Below, piece after piece: positions 11,414 to 24,820 of a stretch of 64,000 bases of DNA. The notes below the pieces were generated by a model that saw nothing but the letters and a program-made list of their open reading frames with translations, was not told the origin of the DNA and searched no databases. The position numbers were made by a program, and so were the translations under genes. Location of the stretch: positions 18,352,001 to 18,416,000 of the forward strand of contig OX597823.1 of assembly GCA_951406725.2 (NCBI GenBank), in the 5' to 3' direction. This DNA is from Octopus vulgaris. Its lineage: Eukaryota. The stretch's first letter is position 1, and the number at the start of each line of letters is the position of its first letter.

Positions 11414-13529
11414 GTGCATGTGTGCATGGGCGTGTGTGCTCCTGTCATTACAGTATGTGATAGTTGTAAATGAACATCTTACAAGCAGATTTTGGTCCTT
11501 TCCACTATTCAATGATGACATGTCTGGCCATGAAAAATATTATCTTGCATGGAAACAGTTGAGGGTTGCTGACAAAAAGGACATCAAACCAAGCAGACGA
11601 TGATGATGATGATGACAACAATGATGATGATGACGATGATGATGATTCAAGACATAATTTGTCATGTCTCCATAATTACATTCTCTTGTTTAAGACTTCT
11701 TTCTACCTTCTAGGGAATTTGTAAATACTTAAAATTGTTTCATCATCATTGTTTAACGTCCGTTTTTCATGCTAGCATGGGTTAGACGGTTCAACTGGGG
11801 TCTGGGAAGCCAGAAGGCTGTGCCAGGCGCAGTCTGATCTGGCGGTATTTCTACAGCTGGATGCCCTTCCTAACGCCAACCACTCTGTGAGTGTAGTGGG
11901 TGCTTTTTACATGCCACCGGCACAGGGGCCAGACGAGGCTGGCAACGGCCACAATCGGATGGTGCTTTTTTACGTGCCACCAGCACGGATGCCAGTCGGG
12001 GCGAGTAAAATGGTAATAATAATAATAATAATTTTGAAAGGATGTGAAACAAGTCACTGTCTCAGTTTGAACCTCAACTGTTTTCTTTCACTTTAGAAAG
12101 ATTCTAAAACCGGAATCTTTTAAGATTGAGTCATCACATCAAGAAAAAATTTGGCCAGTAAAAGTGTAAAGCAATACATCCTGGATTTTCAAGTGATGGG
12201 GTTACAACAAAGAGCTTAACAGGCAGTCAAGTTTGAATTACATGACTAAAAAAAGCATGATGACCACCTAGTTCTTGCTTTTAGCAGAGTCTCCACAACT
12301 GAAATAACAAGATGCTGTGTTGTAAAAAAAAGAACCATCTACAATAACACTATCACATCCATCACTTTTGAAGGCATATTCTTGCTTCTCTCTCAACAGA
12401 CATTCTTCTCCTATGACCAGAACTCTCCAATGTCACTTTTGGGCACTTTGCTCTCTTAATCATTTTTTTTTTTTTACATCTTTTAATAAACTGATCATGT
12501 TCCGTGTAAACTTGTAACAGTAAATCAGATTATGATTTGCAAACGTCAAAACATTCAAGTCTTATTTTTGCAACATTATTTTCAGCTTGATATTCGAAAC
12601 TGCCCTGTTTCCATAAAAGGATAGGAATCAAATTTTTTTAAAAAAAAGAACCCTTCCAAAAATTGAAAATTTACAAAAGATTTTAAAAACTGAAATACAT
12701 TTTGAAACTTCAAAAAATATGTCATCTTTTATTAAAAAATTATACAAAATATAAGTTTTGATTTCAAATCAAAATGCCCTTTGTGGGCTCCAGTCAATAA
12801 TTCATTGCTACTGTTGCTTATAGCAATGAGCTCTAAGCTAGGTTAAGAAGTGAGTAAGTAAGGTGAGATAGTTTAGTTTGGAATTGAGCCCATGTTGCAG
12901 AGTGTGCTCTACAGGACTTGTAGGTTGTAACAAATGGCATTTTGTTGACCAAACACATTGTCATTCACACAACACGCACACACACAAGCGGATATACATA
13001 CATAATCTATGTGGTCACCTGCTAGATATAACAGCAAAATATCCCTAAAATCCTACATTACTGAATTTGAAGGACATGTAAAAACACACATTGGTTAAGA
13101 CCTAGATATGTTATGCCAGACAAAAAAAAAAAAGCTGGCCACTACTAGAGTGTTTTAGACATAAGGTTTTATGGATCAAATCTGATCTAGAGCTAAACTA
13201 TCATAGCAACAACAAAGAGTCATTTTTAGAACATACGTAGTCTTTTCTACTTTAGGCACAAGGCCTGATATTTTTGAGGAGGTGGCCAGTCAATTAGATC
13301 GACCTGGTACTTAATTTATCAACCCCAAAAGGATGAAAGGCAAAACTGACCTCGGCGGAATTTGGGGATGGTCATATTTTGCTAATTAAACACACTATAT
13401 ACATGGGCCTCACTTTTGCTTTATTATTACTCCTAGTTTAGTATCCTTTGTCTTAAATTTTTTGTCACACATTTTGTGATCTCTTCAGCAACACACCATC
13501 CCACTTATCTCCTCCTGTTCTGCAAACAA

Positions 13530-13868
13530 TCATCATCATCATCGTTTAACGTCCGCTTTCCATGCTAGCATGGGTTGGACGGTTCAACTGGGGTCTGGGA
13601 AGCCCGAAGGCTGCACCAGGCCAGTCAGATGTGGCAGTGTTTCTACAGCTGGATGCCCTTCCTAACGCCAACCACTCCGAGAGTGTAGTGGGTGATTTTA
13701 TGTGCCACCGACACAGGTGCCAGACGAGGCTGGCAGACGGCCACGCTCGGATGGTGCTTTTTATGTGCCACCGACACAGGTGCCAGACGAGGCTGGCAGA
13801 CGGCCACGCTCGGATGGTGTTTTTTATGTGCCACCGACACAGGTGCCAGACGAGGCTGGCAGACGGCA
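13530..13868 (-). mobile_element. Retroposon family B with (GAT)n tail (RTE-type 3' end); three internal tandem units of about 64 bp
   Basis: CATCATCGTTTAACGTCCGCTTTCCATGCTAGCATGGGTTGG end. Other copies at about 1279-1635, 2790-3030, 11740-12005, 17312-17635, 26920-27320, 29845-29975, 37905-38140, 43222-43505, 48153-48520 and 49335-49530. Confidence 0.85.
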
Positions 13869-15968
13869 TATATATATATATATATATACATACACATATG
13901 GGTACAAGTATGATGGTGTGATTTATAAGTTCACTTTGCAAACTTTTAATTTCAAGTTTGATGCAACTGCATGTCCCCTACTATATATAGCCATGAGTTG
14001 TCCAATGACTTCTGAGTGGAAAATTTGTTAGGCAGAAATTTTATATATTTCCAGTGTGTGTGTGTGTGAGAGAGAGAGAGAGATAGAAAATGGTATTGAA
14101 GAAGAATGTGAACAAAGAATGTAGAAGAAAATACCTTACAGTATTACAATATTGTAATGCTCTACCATTTCTTATTTCTTTATTGCCCACAAGGGGCCAA
14201 ACATAGAGGGGACAAACAAGGACAGACAAAGGGATTAAGTTGATCACATCAACCCCAGTGCGTAACCAGTACTTAATTTCGCAACCCCGAAAGGATGAAA
14301 GGCAAAGTCGACCTTGGCGGAATTTGAACTCAGAACGCAACGGTAGCGAAATACCGCTAAGCAATTCACCCAGCGTGCTAACGTTTCTGCCAACTCGCAG
14401 CCTTTTCTACCTATCATTTATGCCAATTTTATTCTATCACATATATTAATTTGTCTTAATTTAGACACAAGAATAGAAATCAGGTATAAAATATATTAGC
14501 TGTGTAAATGAAGAGAGAAAGAGAGAATGCTTTGATTAGGATCTGAATCTAAATCACAGATCTTGTTGTAAATTATTCGTCACCAGAGATCTTTCTTGGA
14601 TAGCTTATTAGATTTACATAGGGAAAATGCTGGAAAACTCTCTTTCTCAAAGACATGATGAACGCAAGTGAAATTTTATATGTTTGTTTTTTTTTAATAA
14701 ATCAAGAAAGACAAAAGAAAAAGAAAATAAAATGATAAATTTAAATATTAGTGAAACAAGGTGGAAATGGATGAGGGGAATAGAGGGAAGAATAGGTGGT
14801 AAAAAGGGGAAGTGATTGAAGGGGAAAGTAAAAAGAGGAGAGAAAGGGAGATTGGAAATAAAGAACTGTGGAGATTAATGTGTAGAAAGAAGAAGAAAGT
14901 CAATAGAGAGAAGAAGATGGTTGAAGGAATGAGTATAAAGTTTACAGAAGAAAGTTAATGAAATAGTCATAAAAGGAGAAAAAAAGAAGGAAAGTTAAAA
15001 ATGAAGGGAGTGGAAGAATAATGAAAACAGAAGAAGAATAGGTTAAAAAAAAGAATGAATGAAAAAGAATGAAATAGGTAAATATTGAAAGAATGAAGAA
15101 CACAAAGAGGAAAACATAACTGAACATGGTAAAATGATTTAGCAATCATCTGTCAGTAAAATTTCAGAAAGTTAAAAAAGCACAGCAAAATCAACACCCA
15201 CACCAAATATGTTTTTAAGAAAGACAGGGGAGGTTAGATACTCAGGGATTCACTCAGCATGTAAACTAAATGGTAAAAATCAGAGCAAATATTTCTGATG
15301 CCTTAAGTCAAGAAGTTCCAATTAATTCAAATTACACTGGTGATAAGGAGAAAATCATTAGCTTAACGAGTAATTTTCTTCAACAGAAACAGAAGAGATA
15401 GATGAATAATTTCACTGAACAAAGTCTATGTTTCACTGAGGTCGTTTGATAAGACTGAAATGTGTCCAGAGTTATAATCGTACTGTCAACATCAGAATCA
15501 ATCTGATCTCACCTCACCACACTGTCCACATTTTTTTTTATTATTCAAACATTTGTGAAAAATGTTTTTCTGTATAGGCTTTTTCTCTTTAATGTGCATA
15601 TATTTAGTGGTTTTCATTATTTTTCTGGTTATTGCCTTCACAACCGAATGCATGAAGACTGCCATCAGGTGTTAACAAACTCACATTGTTATTAAAAGAT
15701 GACTGGAAAACCTCTGCTTCTATAATTACCTTTTTGGTTGCTTCATTTGTTTTACTTTTGTAAAAGAGAAAGAATTTAATTCGTACTTTGTATCGATTCT
15801 CTCTTCCACTCAAGAGCAAAAACAGATATATAACTAAAAGGGGCCCATTTTTAACTGATCTTAATTTTTTTTTTAATTTCTCTCTCCTAACCATTCTTGA
15901 CCAAAATTACTCATTGAGTTAATGATTTTTTTTTACCAATACTCCAAGGAATAATTGTAATAATTTAA

Positions 15969-16188
15969 CCCTTTAGCATTTAAACTGGTCATATTCAACC
16001 CAGTATGTTCTACCTGTTTTATATGCAACTGACTAGATCCAGCCTCTCACACTTACCCTACAATGTCATTTTAAGAATAAACCATCACATCATTGAAATC
16101 ACAAAACTGTGAGATAATGTATGTTTAATTTGAAATGATGTGAATAAATAAGTATTACATTTGACAAAGTAATTCCGATACTAAAGGG
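15969..16188. mobile_element. Older piggyBac-like MITE, second family (related copies about 21322-21460 and 56313-56815)
   Basis: TTAACCCTTTAGCATT start, degenerate ...CTAAAGGG end, internal sequence shared with the other copies. Confidence 0.6.
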
Positions 16189-16504
16189 TCGAATATCTTA
16201 ATTCACTACATAATGTATATTAGCACCAACCTCACTATGTGTAACTTAGTCTGGGAAGGTCTGAGTGGGTTATGGACACAGACATTCCATCCAGACAAAG
16301 ACATCAAAAATATTACAAAAATAAACAGTGCAATAAAGCAGTAAAACAGCGCCACCTCCACTTCACCAAAGTTGTCTCCCTTCACCAAAGCAATAATTAA
16401 GATTGGAGAATGGCTGTTAGGCAATTAAAAATATAATTCAAAGAAATACAAAGTCACAAAAAAAAACAAACATACAACAAAATCAATCATGTAAAACAAA
16501 TAAG

Positions 16505-16523
16505 AAAGTAAGGAAGAAAGGTA

Positions 16524-16556
<33 letters not shown>

Positions 16557-16579
16557 GAAGGAAGGAAGGAAGGAAGGAA

Positions 16580-16621
<42 letters not shown>

Positions 16622-16833
16622 AGAGGGAGGAGGGGAAGGAAGAAAAGAGAGAAAGAAAAAGGAAGGAAGGAAGGAAGGAAGGTAAGAAGGAAGGAAGGAA
16701 GGAAGGAAGGAAGGAAGGAAGGAAGGAAGGAAAGAAGGAAGGAAGGAAGAAGAGGGAGGAGGGGAAGGAAGAAAAGAGAGAAAGAAAAAGGAAGGAAGGA
16801 AAGAAGGAAGGAAGGAAGGAAGGAAGGAAGGAA
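16505..16833. repeat. (GGAA)n/(GAAA)n polypurine tract with an internal duplicated block
   Basis: Read directly; GAAGAGGGAGGAGGGGAAGGAAGAAAAGAGAGAAAGAAAAAG occurs twice. Confidence 0.9.
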
Positions 16834-18873
16834 ATAGAGCTGGGCTTCTCAACCCCGTAGTATTATATAATTATTTGAAACCTGAGTACAAAGAACAACA
16901 GGACACCCAATAACATTAGAAATTTGAGACAAACCATGACAATAAGAACAACTACAACAATATTCCATAATTTAGGGTAAGTAACATCAACAGTAATAAA
17001 AAAAACACAACAATTGCAACAATAACTACAACTATTTTTACAAAAATTCATAACAGCTGACATTTTAACAGTGATTTTTACTCCTTGTTTTCCTAGAAAA
17101 ACTCTTCCCCAAAACAAACATTCCAAACTTTCACGAATGCATTAATTAATAGCTATCACAATGAGTTTTGTTGTGTTAATTATGTGCATGTGGAATGTGG
17201 AGGTCAAAGGGTGGATAAAGGTGGACAGTGGAAGGGGTGTAGCATACTATCAATAGTTTAGAGGAAACTGAAGTAAACCCTTTTATAAACAAACCCCCAA
17301 TCTGCAATGCTTTCATCATCATCGTTTAACGTCCGCTTTCCATGGGTTGGACGTTTTGACTGAGGACCGGCAAACCAGATGGCTGCACCAGGCTCCAATC
17401 TGATTTGGCAGAGTTTCTACAGCTGGATGCCCTTCCTAACACAAACCACTCCGAGAGTGTAGTGGGTACTTTTAAGTGCCACCAGCACGAGGGCCAGTCA
17501 GGCGGTACTGGCAACAGCCATGCTCAAATGGTGCTTATTATGTGCCACCTGCACAGGAGTCAGTCCAGCGGCACTGGCAACGACCTCACTCGAATGCCAG
17601 TAAGGCGACACAGGTAACGATCACACTCGAATGCAGATTCATTGTACTTAAATATATTTCTTCTGGGTGGGATAAAGACCCATCCCAAATATGGTTTTTT
17701 TTCCTTGGTTAGATGACCATCATCAAAAAAGCAAAGTAAGTCTCCCTCTCTTTCTCTCTGGGAGCTGTGAAGTAAAACTGTGCTTGTTTCAGTAGTGAAA
17801 AAAAGGATAATGGGTAATGGGTAAAGACCCCTTCGGTCCGGAATGACATTGAGATTGCACCAAGAAAGAAAGTCCCCCTCCAAGGAACAAGTCCAGACAA
17901 GGTTGTTTATAGAAGACCAGCAGCCACCCATGCATGGCTGCCCCCACTCTCCATGCCACCGATGTTATCCAAGGGAAAGGCAAAGGCCGATACAGCTTGG
18001 CACCAGTGACGTCGCAACTCATTTCTACAGCTGAGTGAACTGGAGCAACGTGAAATAAAGTGTCTTGCTCAAGAACACAACACATAGTCTGGACTGGGAA
18101 TTGAACTCACAACCCCAAAATTGTAAGCCCCATAGCTCTAATCACTGAGCCACGTGCCTTTGCAATTTTCAGCAATGTGTACACTGAAATTGGAACACAC
18201 TTCAGTAGAGTGACATGGCCCTTGTACAAAGACCACAAACACAAATGTGAAGTGTTTTATTGGTTTTATTTCTCTCCATCCAACAAAAGGGTCTCTACTC
18301 AGTATTCAGACCAGCTAGAAATAGCAGCCAAATAATAAATCACATTTTAAAAAAAGAAGAACAATGTCATCATACGATGTAGTCTAAGATATACAAAAGG
18401 ATGAAATGGTAATGGCGGGAGGGGACATTTAATCATTGATTTATTAGATGAAGGCTGACCTAAGACCAAAAAAACACAGCAAATAAATTTGATGCAGAGT
18501 CATCAATAAACGACTGTGATGTGATGTCTTAATATAAAGCAAAATCCAATGACTTCAAAGTCACTGTCAATGAAATCCCACACTTGTGGTGAGTCGGTGA
18601 ATATTTGTTGTAATTATGCTTCTAAAAACCTTCACGTGCATGTGTGTATGACTGTCTGTGTGTATTTCCAACAAAGGCTTGCAGTCTGAAACTTCAAAGT
18701 CACTATCACCCCTCTCCTTGTAAAAGCTTAATAAACATGTACTTTGATAAAAAGTATTATGTAATTTTTCAATTTAATCTTACATTGTTTTTATATATAA
18801 CTTGACAGAAATAAACCTTATCAACATCTAGTCAAATTTGCTCTGATAAATGTAATCATATATATATATATAT

Positions 18874-19095
18874 ATATATGTATCAAATGAAATAAAATGA
18901 AAACCAGGACACAAAGGATGTTGCGCTACATATGTTTCGAGCTTTATAGAACAACTTATTCTTACATCAATTCTGATACTAAAGGGTTGAATATCTTATT
19001 GATGTAAGAATAAGTTGTTCTATAAAGCTCGAAACATATGTACCGCAACATCCTTTGTGTCCTGGTTTTCATTTTATTTCATTTGATACATATAT
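18874..19095. repeat. Long fold-back palindrome (98-bp arms, 1 mismatch, 26-nt loop)
   Basis: 18874-18971 is the reverse complement of 18998-19095 except TTGCGCTAC versus TTGCGGTAC. Confidence 0.95.
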
Positions 19096-19164
19096 CCTCT
19101 TACCTATGCTACTAGCTGGCATATACAGGTGCTTACATTTATCAAGTATTCACCCTGAATTTAT

Positions 19165-19210
<46 letters not shown>

Positions 19211-19433
19211 AATTATTAGAGTTACCACTAGGTGGATAGATCTAGTGCTAAAAATAGCTCCAATAGTATAGCCACAGAAATGATGTTTCCAACTAGAGCT
19301 ATCCACATAGTGGTAACTCTCTAATAATTTATGTATAAATTTGTATTTTCTCCCTAGTTTTTTGTGCTAAGCCACTCGGTGTTAAATTAATGGTATTATT
19401 AAATTAATATCGATTTTTCACCCTCATTTATAA

Positions 19434-19475
<42 letters not shown>

Positions 19476-19633
19476 CAAACTCACAAACATACATATAAAC
19501 ACAGATAGACAATTAAAAACTTATCTACCCCAGCCTAAAACAAAGTTTGTACCTTTAAAACTTAGTGAGAAAGACAAAGAACAAGAAAACGAAATACTAT
19601 AAGAAGAATCAGATGGAAGTAAGCAAGTCTTAC

Positions 19634-19810
19634 CTGTATGTGATATTCTGCCAGAACTTTCTGGGCAAACACATCATTAACCTGAAATTCCTCGTTGTTG
19701 TTCAACGTGTCTTCATCATTTGATTGAGGGTTGGCATGTTGAGGCATGTTATTTTCCAGTTTGTTTAGGGTCCGATCCATAAAATCCAAATGGTGCTGGA
19801 TTAGAGTCAT
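19634..19810 (-). CDS. Exon D of the same gene
   Basis: Acceptor TCTCTCTCTTTGAAG| (alternative in-frame CAG 15 nt downstream), donor CAG|GTAAGA, 177 nt, phase 0-0. Translation MTLIQHHLDFMDRTLNKLENNMPQHANPQSNDEDTLNNNEEFQVNDVFAQKVLAEYHIQ continues the amphipathic pattern of exon C. Confidence 0.82.
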
Positions 19811-20021
19811 CTTCAAAGAGAGAGATTAAAAAGAAAATGAAGGGAAAAATATCAATAACAGACTGTATGGAGGCTGTTGTTAGAAGCTTTTTAATTACTT
19901 TTTCAAAGCAGCCCTTAGGCTGATGTTTTATAGAGGATTTGTCCAAAACTAGACTTGAAGAGTGAATGAGCTCTATTTCGTACTCTATGTTCCTAACAGA
20001 ATACACCTTAACTATATACAT

Positions 20022-20058
<37 letters not shown>

Positions 20059-20368
20059 CTTTATTTAAAGCAGCAGAAAATTCAACAAAACCTGTTACTC
20101 TGAGTTTCCCGTTGCCGTTCATATATATTTATATATATGTATATATATATATATACATACATACATATACATATACATGTATATGTATATGTTTCTCTTG
20201 GATAACATTGGTGGCACGGAGAGGGGAGGCCGGTATGCATGGGCGACTGCTGGTCTTCCATAAACAACCATGCCCGGACTTGTGCCTGGGAGGGTAACTT
20301 TCTAGGTGCAATCCTATGGTCAGTCATGACCAAAGGGGTTCTCAATATATATATATATATATATATAT

Positions 20369-20423
<55 letters not shown>

Positions 20424-21619
20424 TGTAGTAACAGACAGATATAGACATAGATACAAATAAACACACATACATATACATCATTGTCACCATTCTTCAAGAA
20501 AGTCAAACAGAATTTTGTCAAAGCAGAATTTTATACAGTTAGAAGCCCTTTGGTCACCAATCCTCTCCTGTTTCCAAATAAGGTAATATTTTCTTTTGGC
20601 CAGATCTGTTTCCACGGAAGACTAGAAAGACATGACACTGTTTATGTGATGATGACACTGACAACTTTTATGCAATATCAAGAAAGGACACACGGACACA
20701 CATATATACATCATCATCACTATATAACATCCATATTTCATGCCACCGTGGGTTGATGGTTTGACAAGGATCCAATGAGTCAAGGACTGTATTGTTCTTC
20801 AGTATTTGCTTTAGCATGGTTTATATGGCTGGATGCCCTTCCTAATGCCAACCACTTTACAGAGTGTGCTAGGTGCTTTTTAAGTGGTGCTAGCACAGTT
20901 GAGATCACTAAACACCCAAGAGAGGATGATGTTGCCTTTGCATGTTAGATGGGGGCTAAGGTATGAGGGAAGAGGTTGGAGCAGAGCAGGTTCTTGTTGT
21001 AGAGGAGCTGCATGGCGACTCACATTTAGGAGAGAGAATATATCTGACAGGCTTCTTTTAGTTTCCGTTGACCAAATCCACTCAGAAGGCTTTGGTCAGC
21101 CCGAAGCTGTAGTAGAAGACACTTGTCCAAGGTGCCATACAGTAGGACTGAACCCAGAACCATGTGGTTGGTAAGCAAGCTACTTACCACACAGACACAC
21201 CTGCGAGGACTACAACCATGATAGATCAATGCTTTCAGAAGTTTTAGTTATTTCTATAGTCTTGTGCTTATTTTATTGATCCCTGAGATTATTTATTCAC
21301 ATTGAATGAATCACGCATTGTTTCATAGCATTGAGATTTCAGTGAAGTGATTGTTCATTTTTAGAATGGCATTGCAGGGTAGTTGGGAAAGGCCAGATAT
21401 AGCCTGTTTGAACATAAAACAAGGGAGGATATTTGGTAAATTTAAATGCTGAAAGGTTAAAGGTACACATGTTTGTGGAATACTCAGACACTGTGAGCAA
21501 ATAGTTTGGTTGACCAAACACGTGAACACTCGTTACAGGAAATTTTTATCAGCATCAATCAATATTGATTATTGTTAGATTAACAGAATTGACAGAATCA
21601 TTAGAACCTTAGATAAAAT

Positions 21620-22210
21620 GAGCTGGCAGAAACGTTAGCGCACCGGGCGAAACATTTAGCAGTATTTCATCTGTCTTTACAATCTGAGATCAAATTCCAC
21701 CGAGGATGACTTTGCCTTTCATCCCTTCGGGGTCAATAAATTAAGTACCAGTTGTGTACTGGGGTTGATCTACTCAACTGGGCCCCCTCCCCAAAAATTT
21801 TGGGCTTTGTGTCTAGAGTAGAAATGAATAAAGGCAGCGAGCTGGCAGAAACATTAGCATGCCGGGTGAAATGCTTAGCAGTATTTCGTCTGCCAATTAC
21901 ATTCTGAGTTCAAATTCCACCGAGGTCGACTTTGCCTTTCATCCTTTCAGGGTTGATAAATTAAGTACCAGTTGCATACTGGAGTTGATCTAATCAACTG
22001 GCCCCCTCCCCAAAAATTTCAGACTTTGTGCCTAGAGAAGAAAAGAGTATTTGTTCCAACTCTGTATATTCTGAGTTCAAATCCTGTCTAAGTCACCTAT
22101 GCTTTTCAACCCTCCAGGGTTGATAAAATAAAGTATTAGTTTAGTACTAGGATTAATATAGTCACCTCATGACCTCCCTTCAAAATTCCTAGCCTTGTGC
22201 CTAAATTAGA
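21620..22210 (+). mobile_element. Three tandem tRNA-derived SINEs of family C (Meta-domain-like)
   Basis: GAGCTGGCAGAAACGTTAGC head, GAGTTCAAATTCC B box and CTTTGCCTTTCATCCTTTCGGGGTCGATAAATTAAGTACCAG core (resembles the MetaSINE domain as recalled). Other copies at about 13240-13365, 14168-14404, 39832-40064, 45165-45360, 46152-46445, 56030-56235, 59270-59455 and 63552-63768. Confidence 0.8.
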
Positions 22211-22261
22211 TACTTTTTGGGGTTTTTTTCTTGGGGGAAATTATTTGATTAGTACAATCTA

Positions 22262-22625
22262 CTCTCAGAAGACTAGGTCATGTGAGTCACTTCTGTTGCA
22301 TTGTCACATTTCGGGCAATAACCTCTCTTCATTCCTATTGGGATCTCATGTAACTCAAGCCAAGTCCTAGTGATTACAAAACAACACTAGGGTCAAATGA
22401 CACACTACAACAGCTCCCATGACTTTCGGAAACATTTTTTCACGCTCAGAGTTGCTGAAGCATGGAATAAACTGCCTGCGTCAGTTGTTGACTGCCATGA
22501 CACTGCATCCTTTAAGGCCTTCATGCTTTCTGAAATCCGCCGAAACTACACCTGATTATATATACACTTTAGATGAGTTGTAGTGCACCTGAGCACTGTA
22601 CACAATTATTATTATTATTATTATT
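22262..22625 (+). mobile_element. CR1/L2-type LINE 3' fragment
   Basis: FRKHFFTLRVAEAWNKLPASVVDCHDTASFK resembles the CR1 ORF2 C-terminus (F-S-x-R-V-x-x-x-W-N-x-L-P); ends in an (ATT)n tail. Confidence 0.75.
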
Positions 22626-22671
22626 GTAGGCAAAGGGTATCAACAGAAGATAACCCATCATCATCATCATC

Positions 22672-22715
<44 letters not shown>

Positions 22716-23024
22716 TCTGAAAACTAACCTTTATGCCTTGTCAAAGGAAACTTGAAATGAAGAAATTCTGAAGATCATAATCCTTGTAACATTCACTCAC
22801 ATTAATTTAGCCCCAAATGTTGCTGTTTCTCAGAAACTTAAGGAAGTTCTTAGAGGTATGACATTACAAAGTATGTGCTGATATTCTAACTGAAGTTCTT
22901 CAAATATGCTGAGTCGGCAGAAAGGGAATTGTGGTCGGTTTACTTATTAGTATTGAAAAAATTTCACTACCAAAACATATGGCACTCATATTGTGTAACA
23001 GTCTGTGAACCATTTACTTAAATA

Positions 23025-23068
<44 letters not shown>

Positions 23069-23144
23069 GCAAGTTATACATTGAAACAGAAATAAACACA
23101 AAAACACATAAATACTGTACACACTCACAGAAAACTTTGCAAAG

Positions 23145-24820
23145 ACACACACACAAACACACACAGAGGAAGACATGCATATACACACACAAACTCACAC
23201 GGAGGAAGACATGCATATACATACACAAACACACACAGAGGAAGACATGCATATACACACACAAACACACACACAGAGGAAGACATTCATATACACACAC
23301 AAACACACACAGAGGAAGACATGCATATACACACACAAACACACACGGAGGAAGACATGCATATACACACACAAACTCACACAGAGGAAGACATACATAT
23401 ACACACACAAACACACACAGAGGAAGACATGCATATACACACACAAACACACACAGAGGAAGACATGCATATACACACACAAACACACACAGAGGAAGAC
23501 ATGCATATACACACACAAACACACACAGAGGAAGACATGCATATACACACACAAACTCACACAGAGGAAGACATACATATACACATACAAACACACACAG
23601 AGGAAGACATGCATATACACACACAAACACACACAGAGGAAGACATGCATATACACACACAAACACACACAGAGGAAGACATGCATATACACACACAAAC
23701 ACACACAGAGGAAGACATGCATATACACACACAAACACACACAGAGGAAGACATGCAAATACACACACATACACACACAGAAGAAGACATGCATATACAC
23801 ACACAAACTCACACAGAGGAAGACATGTATATACACACACAAACACACACAGAGGAAGACATGCATATACACACAAACACACACAGAGGAAGACATGCAT
23901 ATACACACACAAACACACACAGAGGAAGACATGCATATACACACACAAACACACACAGAGGAAGACATGCATATACACACACAAACACACACAGAGGAAG
24001 ACATGCATATACACACACAAACACACACAGAGGAAGACATGCATATACACACACAAACACACACAGAGGAAGACATACATATACACACACAAACACACAC
24101 ACAGACGAAGACATGCATATACACACACACAAACACACACAGAGGAAGACATGCATATACACACACAAACACACACAGAGGAAGACATGCATATACACAC
24201 ACAAACACACACAGAGGAAGACATGCATATACACACACAAACACACACAGAGGAAGACATGCATATACACACACAAACACACACAGAGGAAGACATGCAT
24301 ATACACACACAAACTCACACAGAGGAAGACATGCATATACACACACAAACACACACACAGACGAAGACATGCATATACACACACACAAACACACACAGAG
24401 GAAGACATGCATATACACACACAAACACACACAGAGGAAGACATGCATATACACACACAAACACACACAGAGGAAGACATGCATATACACACACAAACAC
24501 ACACAGAGGAAGACATGTATATACACACACAAACACACACAGAGGAAGACATGCATATACACACACAAACGCACACAGAGGAAGACATGCATATACACAC
24601 ACAGACGAAGACATGCATATACACACACACAAACACACACAGAGGAAGACATACATATACACACACAAACACACACAGAGGAAGACATTCATATACACAT
24701 ACAAACACACACAGAGGAAGACATGCATATACACACACAAACACACACAGAGGAAGACATGCATATACACACACAAACACATACAGAGGAAGACATTCAT
24801 ATACACACACAAACTCACAA
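23145..24820. repeat. 36-bp minisatellite, about 46 copies
   Basis: Unit ACACACACAAACACACACAGAGGAAGACATGCATAT; yields 12-aa periodic ORFs in all six frames. Confidence 0.97.

Noticed and set aside
23145-24820. CRISPR-like regular array
   Set aside because: There are no unique spacers and no cas genes, and the context is eukaryotic.
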